Numbered from the stretch's first letter, positions 48,034 through 57,384 are shown. The stretch: DNA of 64,000 bases from Marinilabiliales bacterium (GCA_021286825.1 JAJTBP010000001.1:4729-68728); one strand, 5' to 3'. Notes: generated by a model not told the origin, from the letters alone. Numbers and translations: made by a program.

Positions 48034-49116
48034 ATGGAACAACTCATCAGTTACATCGCCCTCGGGGCACCCGCCACCCGGTGTCCGGCGTCAGGAGAGC
48101 TTCCTTTTTTGCGGCCTGAGATCGGATTCACCCCCAAGTGGTACCATGAATCGGCGGGTGTCGATTTTGGTGTACGCTGGCATGCCGATCCAATCTATCG
48201 CAGGCATGCCATCCAAAACATGCGAAGGGTCGTCGACGACCGGTTTCCGGGCAACCGAATGGGCCGGCAAAGAGAGGAGAAAGAAGATTTGCTTACGGGA
48301 ATCTATGGAGCCTGTATCGTCTCATCGCTGTTCGATGTGCCGATAAGGTATGCTGCAGATCAGTGGCCGGTAGCTGAACATCTCGAAATGACCGATGAAG
48401 AAATCCTGAACCTCCGGCCTGTTGACCCCTCCACCCATCCCTTTTTCCTTTCGTTGCTGGAACAGGTTGATAACGTGGCAGATATGACCGGGAAGGCCGA
48501 TGGATTTCTCAATTGGCAGGGAGTGCTGAACAATGCCCAAAGGTTAAGAGGTCAGCAACTGTTTATGGATCTGCTGATGGCTCCTGAGTTGGCCCTGCAT
48601 CTTTTTGAATGCATCACGGATACCATGATTCGGGCAGCGGTTTTGTTCAGGGAACATCAGGCGAAGCGGGGATCCGTCTATCGCTTTTTTACCGTCAGCA
48701 ATTGTTTGGTGAATATGCTCTCACCCGATCTGTATCAGGATTATCTGCTTCCGTTTGATTTGAAGATTTCCGAAGCCTTCTCCTCACTCGGCATCCACAA
48801 TTGTGCATGGGATGCTTCTCCTTACCTGGATGGATATGCCGCCATCACCAACGTCAGTTATGTTGACATGGGGCAGGATTCGGACCTGGTTCGGGCAAGG
48901 GAATGTTTCCCCCATGCCAGAAGAGCCGTGATGTATACCCCCATGGATCTGGCTAGGAAATCACGGCAGGAACTGAAGATAGATCTGATCTCCCTCGCAG
49001 AAAAGTTTGGACCCTGTGATCTGGTAGCAGCAGATGTCGAAGCCGGCACCCCGGATCAGAAAGTACTGGACCTGATCTCCCTTTGTGAAGAGATTTCGGC
49101 GCATCATCGGTCATAG
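48034..49116 (+). CDS. Uroporphyrinogen-decarboxylase-fold (URO-D/MtaA-like) family protein, function unknown
   Basis: 360 aa and cytoplasmic. The overall pattern (N-terminal helical region, GIHNCAWDASPYLD, C-terminal DVEAGTP) resembles URO-D-like TIM-barrel proteins. Assigned from memory and not verified. Confidence 0.5.
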   Translation: MEQLISYIALGAPATRCPASGELPFLRPEIGFTPKWYHESAGVDFGVRWHADPIYRRHAIQNMRRVVDDRFPGNRMGRQREEKEDLLTGIYGACIVSSLFDVPIRYAADQWPVAEHLEMTDEEILNLRPVDPSTHPFFLSLLEQVDNVADMTGKADGFLNWQGVLNNAQRLRGQQLFMDLLMAPELALHLFECITDTMIRAAVLFREHQAKRGSVYRFFTVSNCLVNMLSPDLYQDYLLPFDLKISEAFSSLGIHNCAWDASPYLDGYAAITNVSYVDMGQDSDLVRARECFPHARRAVMYTPMDLARKSRQELKIDLISLAEKFGPCDLVAADVEAGTPDQKVLDLISLCEEISAHHRS

Positions 49117-49161
49117 GAAAAGCTCTCCATCGCGGGGATTTGGATGCCTTTCGGACCAGGA

Positions 49162-50157
49162 TTATTTTTTTTGGAGCATTGCTGGAAAGGAGGTGCTCAG
49201 TACTTTATCTCCGTTTTTGTCGCGGATCCAGGTGTCAAATTCCCTTTTCCCTTCGTGCAGTACAAGGATACGTCCTCCAGCCAACGGGTCTTCCGGACTT
49301 TTCATCACCTTTGAAACCCTGCCATAAGCCAACGCAATGCCATGCCAGGAGGTGATGTAATCATTGATGTGGTCATGCCCGACAAAGGTTCCCATGATAT
49401 CCCCGCATTCGAGTATGGCAGTGAAAAGACCAGAATTGATCTCCGGACAGCATTCCTCTTCATTTTTTACCCCGATCAACCGGGCATCCTTTGCTTCCGT
49501 TGCCTGGCGGTATTCCGGAAGCGGGATGTGGAAAAAGGCCAGGGCAGGCAAGGGTTGGCCGCCATTTTCCCTTTTGTATTGTTCGCTTACCTTTCGGTAC
49601 CATTCGATCTGATTGAAACCGATCCATCCATATCCATCTACCACAGGTTTCAGGGTACTGTAGGCATTTGAGTCGAATCCGTAGATGAGTGCTCCGATCT
49701 TTCCATTGTTCGTTTGAATGGGAAAAACGAAATTGCTGTTACCACATATGCCGCCCACATCGCTGTTGAGGCATCCCGGTAAATTTTCAACCAATTGGGC
49801 CAGTTGTGTTCGCGAAAATTTCCTTTCAGACTCATGGTTTCCAAAGACCACCATCCAAGGTGTAGACGTTTGCTGAAGTATGGCTACCAATTTTTTGTAA
49901 CCTTCGGTTGGAGGATCTTCTGTGACAATGTCTCCGGTGAGAACGACCAGATCCGGTCTTTCCAGCGCCACAAGGTCCTTGATCAATTCAAGCGAATAGA
50001 GATTGGATCCGGAGGCGATATGGATGTGGGTGTCGGTAAACTGCAGGATCTTGAAGCTGCCGTCGGCATGAAAGTGAAGCGATGGAAGTTTCTTGGCAAA
50101 GAGAGGCTGGCACAAGGAACACAGCGCGAGTAAAAGGATGAAAATGGCCTTTTTCAT
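49162..50157 (-). CDS. Secreted metallophosphoesterase (calcineurin-like)
   Basis: Signal peptide MKKAIFILLLALCSLCQPLFA. Motifs LQFTDTHIH, LTGDIV, FGNHE, FFHIPL and VGHDHINDY. Confidence 0.85.
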   Translation of the reverse strand: MKKAIFILLLALCSLCQPLFAKKLPSLHFHADGSFKILQFTDTHIHIASGSNLYSLELIKDLVALERPDLVVLTGDIVTEDPPTEGYKKLVAILQQTSTPWMVVFGNHESERKFSRTQLAQLVENLPGCLNSDVGGICGNSNFVFPIQTNNGKIGALIYGFDSNAYSTLKPVVDGYGWIGFNQIEWYRKVSEQYKRENGGQPLPALAFFHIPLPEYRQATEAKDARLIGVKNEEECCPEINSGLFTAILECGDIMGTFVGHDHINDYITSWHGIALAYGRVSKVMKSPEDPLAGGRILVLHEGKREFDTWIRDKNGDKVLSTSFPAMLQKK

Positions 50158-50174
50158 GTTTTTTGCTTGAAAGC

Positions 50175-50201
50175 GGGGCGATCCGTGACCGGGATCGCCC
50201 C
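50175..50201 (-). terminator. GC-rich hairpin between the two metallophosphoesterase genes
   Basis: GGGGCGATCC (50175-50184) pairs perfectly with GGATCGCCCC (50192-50201) over 10 bp, 7 nt after the upstream stop. There is no clean U-tract on the minus strand, so terminator function is uncertain. Confidence 0.4.
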
Positions 50202-50207
50202 ATTAAG

Positions 50208-51980
50208 TCATTTTTGCAACGTGAAGGAGTCGATCATCGTTCCTTGCCTATTGACAGCCTCCAAATGAAGGGTTTGGCCGTCAATCTTCACATATTGATA
50301 CAAATGTCCTGCGGCATTGCGTACTTCTGCATAGGGCTCCTCAGGGAGGTTGTGGTCATGGTTGGGAATTCCAACTGAAATCATGTAGAGGGTTCCTTCC
50401 TTGCTGTTCGGTACGATTTTCCCTCCTCTCATGGGTTTCGACCGCATGTAATAATGAAGATGTCCGCCATAGACCATGTCCACATGATACTTGTCAAAAA
50501 TGGGAATCCAGGCTGCCTGAATGTCCAGATAAGGTTCTTCCCAATTGTACGGTGCAAAATGGAACATCGCAATCTTCCAGGTTGCCTTGCTGGCTGCCAG
50601 TTCTTTTTCAATCCAGGCACTCTGGGCATCGATGGGTGAAGTCGCATCGATCATTAGGAAAAGGGTGTTTTTGTAGGTAAAGGAATAGGTCTGTTTCTTG
50701 GGTACTCCGGCCGGGGCATTCAGCGGATAGCTGAAGAGGTCGCAATAGAGTTTAGCCCCCAATCCGGCCCTGTTGTCGTGGTTTCCGGGCACAGACATGA
50801 AAGGAATTCTGCAACTGGTTTCCTTGGTATAGCTGAAAAGGGCATCCCATTGATCCCTGTTGAGGCCATCACTGACAAGATCCCCGACGATGGAGAAGAA
50901 GGCTGCATCCGGATGTTCTGCATCGGCTTTTTTCAGGATTTCACCGAAAGTTGGCGAAAAATGGGTGTCACCAAACCAAAGGAAGGAGAACCGGGCATCC
51001 TTGGCAGCCGTTTGAAAGGTCTGCTTTTCCAACCAGTTTGCTTGTCCGGTAATCTTGTACTGATAGGTCTTTCCCGGTTTCAGTCCGCTGATTTGTGCCG
51101 TATAATGGAGGGTATAACGATCATTCATCAGCATTCTGTCCTCCATCTTCAGCATCTGAGCTTTCACTGATTTTGTTTCATTGCCGCCCTTTTCACGGAA
51201 AGTGATTTGATCGGCTATGGTAGCGGGGTTGGTTCGCCATTGGACATCCACAGTGGTGGAGGGATCCCCGCTCCAGGTTAGGATGATCTGGTCAGGGTCT
51301 GCCGTGCTGGGACTTGGGGTTCGACGGAAGGCGCCCACAAGATGCGATTCGGCCGACCTGCCACGGGTGGTCCGAAACAGGAGCTCTCCCTTCATCTCTT
51401 CGGGTACATTCTTTAAGACCAATTCGTCCCAATCCAGATAGGTGGAAGTGCCATTGTCCAGTACGGCCATCTTCTGATCAGCCGGAAATACGGGAATCAC
51501 TTTCAGTTGATCGCCTTGATTGACCGGCCTTACAGAAACAAAGTAATGGAGGGCCAGGCCATTCTCAAACCCATCAACTCCCAGACCAATGTCACCGGCC
51601 GGGAATTTCTTTTGCCACACATCATAGGTGGTTTGGGTATTGTTCATGGAAAGGGAGGTCTTGGTAAATCCCTTTTGAGGTAGCCAAAAAGGGACTCTTT
51701 TTTGTGAACGGTTCTGCATGACTGAAACGATGACCGGCACATTGACGTGAAGGATCTGGTGGGTGGTGGCAAGAATTTCCTTCTCCTCGGGGGTGAAGAG
51801 ATCCAGGATGTTTGCACCATCCAGCTTCATGAGGTCTATCTTGTCACTGTTTTTGTAAAGATCCGCAATGACCCTGTCCATCACGGACTTCACATGGCGA
51901 TCAGCCTGGTTGTTGCCCCCTATGGCTGAAAGCGACAGGAGCACAAGGATGGTTAGCGAATAGAGATATTTGTTAATCAT
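50208..51980 (-). CDS. Secreted purple-acid-phosphatase-like metallophosphoesterase with an extra N-terminal domain
   Basis: Signal peptide present. Fn3-like PAP N-domain (ILTWSGDPSTTVDVQWRT...GKTYQYKI), then FLWFGDTH, IVGDLVSDG, VPGNHD, MFHFAPY and YGGHLHYY. The first ~200 aa match nothing I recognise. Confidence 0.85.
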   Translation of the reverse strand: MINKYLYSLTILVLLSLSAIGGNNQADRHVKSVMDRVIADLYKNSDKIDLMKLDGANILDLFTPEEKEILATTHQILHVNVPVIVSVMQNRSQKRVPFWLPQKGFTKTSLSMNNTQTTYDVWQKKFPAGDIGLGVDGFENGLALHYFVSVRPVNQGDQLKVIPVFPADQKMAVLDNGTSTYLDWDELVLKNVPEEMKGELLFRTTRGRSAESHLVGAFRRTPSPSTADPDQIILTWSGDPSTTVDVQWRTNPATIADQITFREKGGNETKSVKAQMLKMEDRMLMNDRYTLHYTAQISGLKPGKTYQYKITGQANWLEKQTFQTAAKDARFSFLWFGDTHFSPTFGEILKKADAEHPDAAFFSIVGDLVSDGLNRDQWDALFSYTKETSCRIPFMSVPGNHDNRAGLGAKLYCDLFSYPLNAPAGVPKKQTYSFTYKNTLFLMIDATSPIDAQSAWIEKELAASKATWKIAMFHFAPYNWEEPYLDIQAAWIPIFDKYHVDMVYGGHLHYYMRSKPMRGGKIVPNSKEGTLYMISVGIPNHDHNLPEEPYAEVRNAAGHLYQYVKIDGQTLHLEAVNRQGTMIDSFTLQK

Positions 51981-52056
51981 GGTAGCAGTTGTGAGTGGAT
52001 AAAATGTTTAATTCCGACAAGTTAAAATATTTAGTAGGGTTGTTCCTGTGATCCCA

Positions 52057-54789
52057 TCAATTTTTCTGTTGCTCTTTGTGGCTTTCCCTGAAATCATCGG
52101 GATCATCGAGATCCGGTGATTCTTTGAGCGATTCCCATTTGAACTTGACATTGTAGGGATCCAACGCCTTCTGGGGATCGAAGATTCTTTTGTCAATCAT
52201 CTCCATCTTGTAAGGTCTGAAATCCGGCTTGTTTGTAAAGAAGTCGGAGAGTAGGGAGGCGGTGGCATCAAATTGATTCAGCGGGGGCAAGTTGTTTAGC
52301 TGATAGATGCTTTTCAGGATGGCTCCAAAGTTGGCGTGTGTATGGGAGACATAATTTCGTTTCACCCACGGGCCCATCATCATCAGCAGGGATCGGTGGG
52401 CATCGATGTGGTCGCGCCCATCTTGTGCATCATCTTCGGTAACGATGACCAACATCTCCTTCCACCACTTGGTATGGCTGAGGGTCTGCAGGATTCTGCC
52501 CAATGCCAGGTCATTGTCTGCCATGTAGGACTCCTTGAAGGGATAACCATCATTGGGCCTTTCGCGTGAACCATGGTCGTTGGGAAGTATCAGGGTGAGG
52601 ACAGGAGGGAATTCCTCCTTACCGGATAGCCACTTGTCCCTGAGCTCTTCTTCGAACATGTCTACCCGAAATTGATCGGGGATGCTGGTGTTGAAGGTGG
52701 CATATTTGCGGGAAGTTCTGTCCCACAAAGGTTTTGGCATCGGGAAAAGAACACCCATTTTGACACCGGAATACTTGTGCCATTGCTCCTCTTCGGCCCC
52801 GGAGAACTCAAATCCCAATCCGAAATTGAAAAAATTGATCCCATGCCGGGAGAGGTGTTCCCACATGCCTCCTGCTTCGTTGTAATCTTCCGGATAGACA
52901 GCCCCTGATGAACCGGCTACCATTTTTCTACCCGGAGCGGTGCTCAGGATGTTCTCCGTTATCTTGACCGAGCTGTTGATCTCCACCCATTCATTGGGAT
53001 AGGTTCCGACCATCCATCGATGGCCATGGACCGATGCGTCGGAGTCGGTGTAAAAGTTATCACTGATGGCATATTGGCGCGCCAGTTTTTGGTGATTGGG
53101 CATGACGTTCACATGTTCCACTACCCGTGTTTTGTCTTTGCTTACAACGGTTGCATGGAGGCCATATCGGGCAAGTGAGGGTTCGCCCAGAGCCCCTTTT
53201 CTCTCCCCGAAGATTTCATCAAAAGTTCGGTTCTCCTTGGTGATGTAAACAATGTGTTTGATGGGGCTTTTTCTGAGGTTGATAGCCGGAGGAAGCGGAT
53301 TCTTGCCATCGTCCTTGACCATCACTTCACGGTAGGTATAGCGTTTGACCAGTTCGGTAGAGGCAGCCAGATCCAGGTTCTTCAAGGAGATCTTCTCAAA
53401 GGTACCTTTCATGATATCGCCTACGTAGGTACCGGCAGGTGTAGGTTTGAAATCCGGTCCTCCATTTTTCCCTGAGCCGGAGCCCCGGGCTGTCACCACA
53501 TAAAGCGTCTGATCATCCGGTGAAATCCTCAATTTGGTCGGCCACCAACCAGTAGGGATGTATCCCAGCACTTTTTCAGCTTGTGCATCTAGGACGGCTA
53601 CGCAATTCATTCCGCTTAGCGCGACATAGAGTCTGGACTGGTCGTGGCTCAGTTCGATGCCAAAGGGGATCATCCCCCGGTAAGCATCAATTTTAGGATC
53701 CATGGTAAGGCGGATCGTTGAAACAACTTTGCCCGATTTTGGATCCAAAACGGAGATGTTGTCATTGGTGGCATTGGTCACAAATACCTTTGTTTTTCCG
53801 GCTGCAATGGAGTTGGGACTGGAACCCCCTTCCACCTCTATTCCGGCTACCCTTTCACCCATTCGGTAGCCGGTTTTTTCTTTGGCAACGATGCTGTTGT
53901 CCTTCAGGTCGATTGTCCAGACGGAGACAGCTTCGGGGACATGTGGGCTACCCAATCCGGGCATCTCCCTTCCGTCTATCTTTTTACCCTCTTCCGCCTC
54001 TTTGGAAGGGATGCCATATGGCGGAAAGTCAAGGCCTACTTTTTCGATGTTGTCCTTCGTGAGTCCGGGAACAACGGGGTAATCGTAAATGCCGGTATTG
54101 GCCACATAGGCGTATCTTCCATCGGGTGAAAGATCAATTCCCAAAGGAAACCGACCTACGGGTACGGATGCGTGTATCTGTTGTGAGTTCAGGTCCAGGA
54201 TGACCATCCTGAAATTGAACTGGTCCAGGATGTAGAGGCGCTGTTCATCCGCCGAAAGGCGAATGTCTCCTACAAAACTCTCCTTGTAAACTTTGTCACC
54301 GGACGGTCCGTTGAGTGAAATCCTTTTTTTGATTTCACTCTTTGTCAGGTCAAAGAGGATGATGTCTCCATTGTCCCCGCCACTGAGGTAGGCCAGTTTG
54401 TTGTCGCCCGAAATGGCAGCACCCATGTACGAGCCCTTGTCCTGATAAGGATAAACGATTTTTTTCTCGTTGAGGTTGGCAGTATGGATGACGGACAGTT
54501 GGTTGCTGTGTACGGCCAGTGCCAGTGAGCCATCGGGGGATAGGGTCATTCCGAAGGGATCGGGGGAGATGCGTAGGGTCTCTCCCAAGGGTTTTACGAT
54601 CCTTCCGTTGGGAATGATGCTAGCACCTTCGGGATTTAGTTCGCAGTATTTGTTGTACCCCGGAACCTGGAGTGTGGCAACCATTTTTTGTTCCTTGCAG
54701 GAGGCAAGCAACAGACAGCCAAAGGTGGCCAGCGAGGCTAGATAAAGGGTCAATTTTCCTGGATCGGTATGGGAACCCTTGTGTTTCAT
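52057..54789 (-). CDS. Lipoprotein beta-propeller (YncE/YVTN-type) fused to a PLC/AcpA-family phosphoesterase (copy B)
   Basis: The ATG at 54789 gives MKHKGSHTDPGKLTLYLASLATFGCLLLASC (lipobox). Propeller repeats are YVANTGIYDY, VFVTNATNDNISVLD and LYVVTARGSG. Phosphoesterase motifs are IKHIVYITKENRTFDEIFG and IVTEDDAQDGRDHIDAHRS. Confidence 0.8.
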   Translation of the reverse strand: MKHKGSHTDPGKLTLYLASLATFGCLLLASCKEQKMVATLQVPGYNKYCELNPEGASIIPNGRIVKPLGETLRISPDPFGMTLSPDGSLALAVHSNQLSVIHTANLNEKKIVYPYQDKGSYMGAAISGDNKLAYLSGGDNGDIILFDLTKSEIKKRISLNGPSGDKVYKESFVGDIRLSADEQRLYILDQFNFRMVILDLNSQQIHASVPVGRFPLGIDLSPDGRYAYVANTGIYDYPVVPGLTKDNIEKVGLDFPPYGIPSKEAEEGKKIDGREMPGLGSPHVPEAVSVWTIDLKDNSIVAKEKTGYRMGERVAGIEVEGGSSPNSIAAGKTKVFVTNATNDNISVLDPKSGKVVSTIRLTMDPKIDAYRGMIPFGIELSHDQSRLYVALSGMNCVAVLDAQAEKVLGYIPTGWWPTKLRISPDDQTLYVVTARGSGSGKNGGPDFKPTPAGTYVGDIMKGTFEKISLKNLDLAASTELVKRYTYREVMVKDDGKNPLPPAINLRKSPIKHIVYITKENRTFDEIFGERKGALGEPSLARYGLHATVVSKDKTRVVEHVNVMPNHQKLARQYAISDNFYTDSDASVHGHRWMVGTYPNEWVEINSSVKITENILSTAPGRKMVAGSSGAVYPEDYNEAGGMWEHLSRHGINFFNFGLGFEFSGAEEEQWHKYSGVKMGVLFPMPKPLWDRTSRKYATFNTSIPDQFRVDMFEEELRDKWLSGKEEFPPVLTLILPNDHGSRERPNDGYPFKESYMADNDLALGRILQTLSHTKWWKEMLVIVTEDDAQDGRDHIDAHRSLLMMMGPWVKRNYVSHTHANFGAILKSIYQLNNLPPLNQFDATASLLSDFFTNKPDFRPYKMEMIDKRIFDPQKALDPYNVKFKWESLKESPDLDDPDDFRESHKEQQKN

Positions 54790-54835
54790 AGCGGATGTTT
54801 TTAATTGAAATGCAATGATGATTTGACAGTCAGGA

Positions 54836-57142
54836 TTACAAGGCCGGTCTGGCCGGGCCGTTGTAAGGTTCTGCCCCCACATGCCTTCCGGGTCTCTTTT
54901 CAACGCTGAGCAAAGAGGGGTCTGTCACAGAAGGTGCTGCGATAAAGCCATAATACCTGGCCATCCAGTAGTCGACCAGGAATCCGGATGGATTGGTCAC
55001 ATGGCTGCCATTGGTAAATCTGTCCAGTTCTGTCGGGCTCTGGCCATCCTGATTGATAGAGGTTTCACGCGGGGATAGGCTCTTTCTTCCCCCTTCGTAA
55101 GAGGAGTAACCAGCCTCAGGGAACAGGTCATCCCTTTGTGAATTGATGAAGCCATTGGCTGTGCAATCCAATGGAAATTCCCTCAAGTGGGCGACCGATT
55201 TTTCCTCTTCGCAGTCATTTCCGGTATACAAGCCATAAATGAAATTGTACCAGGGAACATGGGAGATCCGCTTGATTTCCCATGTTCTGTCCAAGCTTCG
55301 CAGATAAATGGCTTTGAGAATCGGATCCTTCACATACCGAAGGAGGTTGTCATAACTCCAGAAGGCCAGATGATCGTCCCAGGGTGCCAGCGTTTCTGGT
55401 GGAAAAACATTTTTCTGGCGGATGGTATTTTGGGGATAGCCCCATTTGACCAGTTGGCGGGTCCCTTCGCTAAATTTCTTGTCGCCGGTCAAGGCGTATG
55501 CCGTTTCCATGAAGGAGAGCACTTCCAATCCATTCAATCCCTTGTCTGAATAACCATAAGGCCGGAGCAGGTATTCCGGATTCCAGCGGGCCCAGCGCGT
55601 CGGTTTGCCATCCAAATCTTTCATGGTCCATCCGCAGTCGATGATGTAAGAGGCCATTTGGCGGATCTGTTCCTTGGCCATCTCCTTGTCCTTACCTTGC
55701 GCAACCAATTCATAGAAAAGGGCGAGGGCATAGAAATGGGCCGTTACTTCGTCGCTGGAGGTGTCTCCCTTCCAGAACCATTTGCCGTCGGGTGTTGGAT
55801 ACCATTTGGCAGGTAATCCTCCCGAACCCTGTTTCCCCCTTTCATCTTTGTCGGCCGTTGCCGACCAAATGGAACGGGCAATAAACCCGTTTACTCCGGT
55901 AATTTTGCCAAGCCACATCATGGCTCTGGCCGATTCGATGGCTTCCAGACGGGCTGTTTCATCACCCGTACATGCATATTTGTAACACATGGCAGCCAGG
56001 TAGGGAGCGGTATGCCCGCCATCGTTGTCGCTTACTTCCCGGATCCATTCCCCGTTCTTCCGGTAGAGGTTGTGGATGAATCCCAGCCGTTTGTGACCCC
56101 ATTCCTCGATGTGCCGTTCATAGTAGGCCGCTTTTTTCAGGAGCGTGTATGGTTCGTAACGGATGATGCCAATGCCTGCATCTGTACCGATGTAAACGGT
56201 TGAGTTGCCGGCTGCAATGCAATTGACCTTTTCAGATGGGAGCCAAATGCCTGGACCAAAGAAATGCCATTCATTTTCAGAAACCATGCGGATCGCCCCT
56301 TTGGTGCTGCCAATCCAAAGATCATCGGCAAAGCCGCGGGCAAGACAGGTCGTCTGCTCTACAGGCAGTCCTTGATCGCCGGTGAGCACCTTCAGTGAGG
56401 CACCCCGCATCAGGCCAAGACCCTTGTCCGTGCTGATCATCAGCTTGCTGCCCATGCTGACCAGATCATGTACCTGCCGGGATGGGAGTCTCCCCCAGTC
56501 CAGGTGATCCCTGTTCACGGTCTTCCCGTCAAAAAGAACCAGTTCTCCCGGCCTGAGGATGAAAAGATTTCCACTGTGAGATGCCAATTTTAGGATGGGG
56601 CCGATTTCAACGGGAGTATCGTTGATCTGCGATCCGTCTTCCTGAACCATGGTGATGTCACTGGTATAGTACCCTCCTTCCGGTTTGATACTCACCAGTC
56701 TGTTCCCATCAATTCGGAAGATCTCATCCTGGGTGGCCGCCAGAATTGCGCCCTCATGAAGACAAAGATCACGGAAGACACGTCCATCCAGCATCTCCCA
56801 TTTCTGGCCATCGAATTTGAAAAGACCTTCCTGAGAGAGGACCCACAGCTTGTTTTCAAGTGACTTGATCGCAGAAATCTTCTTTGGAGCCCCTTGCGAC
56901 TGGTTTAGTTTCTCCTCGGAAAGCAGAAAAAGCATTCCGTCCATCAGGACATAGCATTGGTTGTTGGCAAATGCCAAGGCTGAAACAGGTTTTTCAGTCA
57001 ACAATTTGGATGAACTTTCCTGCAAGTAGCATTCATCTTTTTGGGTTTTCCAAAGATGGGTGGATGTTCCCGTCAAATCTTTGCTCCAACCGTCCATGGA
57101 AAAAAGGAGCACAACAATCAATCCGGCCAATAATCGTTTCAT
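54836..57142 (-). CDS. Secreted hypothetical protein: N-terminal Reg_prop-like beta-propeller repeats plus a C-terminal helical (alpha/alpha-toroid-like) domain
   Basis: The ATG at 57142 gives the MKRLLAGLIVVLLFSMDGWS signal. Repeats include GLPVEQTTCLARGFADDLWIGSTKGAIRM and VNCIAAGNSTVYIGTDAGIGII. The C-terminal ~430 aa are helix-rich with aromatic or acidic pairs (WDDHLAFWSYDNLL). Domain calls are by eye. Confidence 0.55.
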   Translation of the reverse strand: MKRLLAGLIVVLLFSMDGWSKDLTGTSTHLWKTQKDECYLQESSSKLLTEKPVSALAFANNQCYVLMDGMLFLLSEEKLNQSQGAPKKISAIKSLENKLWVLSQEGLFKFDGQKWEMLDGRVFRDLCLHEGAILAATQDEIFRIDGNRLVSIKPEGGYYTSDITMVQEDGSQINDTPVEIGPILKLASHSGNLFILRPGELVLFDGKTVNRDHLDWGRLPSRQVHDLVSMGSKLMISTDKGLGLMRGASLKVLTGDQGLPVEQTTCLARGFADDLWIGSTKGAIRMVSENEWHFFGPGIWLPSEKVNCIAAGNSTVYIGTDAGIGIIRYEPYTLLKKAAYYERHIEEWGHKRLGFIHNLYRKNGEWIREVSDNDGGHTAPYLAAMCYKYACTGDETARLEAIESARAMMWLGKITGVNGFIARSIWSATADKDERGKQGSGGLPAKWYPTPDGKWFWKGDTSSDEVTAHFYALALFYELVAQGKDKEMAKEQIRQMASYIIDCGWTMKDLDGKPTRWARWNPEYLLRPYGYSDKGLNGLEVLSFMETAYALTGDKKFSEGTRQLVKWGYPQNTIRQKNVFPPETLAPWDDHLAFWSYDNLLRYVKDPILKAIYLRSLDRTWEIKRISHVPWYNFIYGLYTGNDCEEEKSVAHLREFPLDCTANGFINSQRDDLFPEAGYSSYEGGRKSLSPRETSINQDGQSPTELDRFTNGSHVTNPSGFLVDYWMARYYGFIAAPSVTDPSLLSVEKRPGRHVGAEPYNGPARPAL

Positions 57143-57384
57143 AGTCAGTAGTATAAGAGAGTAAGCCAAACAACAATATCCCTGCCGGCAGGCGGCAATC
57201 CGGATATTGCTACACAAAATAATACAAATCCCACTGGAAACAATGGGTCATACGTTAGTCGATCGGGAGCATAAGTCGCTCCCACAGCGTCCGATCCGGG
57301 ATTCAAGCGGATGTCGGATGGTCAAAAATAGGATAAAAGCGTGAAGGATTTTCCGGATGAGTGGAAGGATTTAACTTCCCTCTG

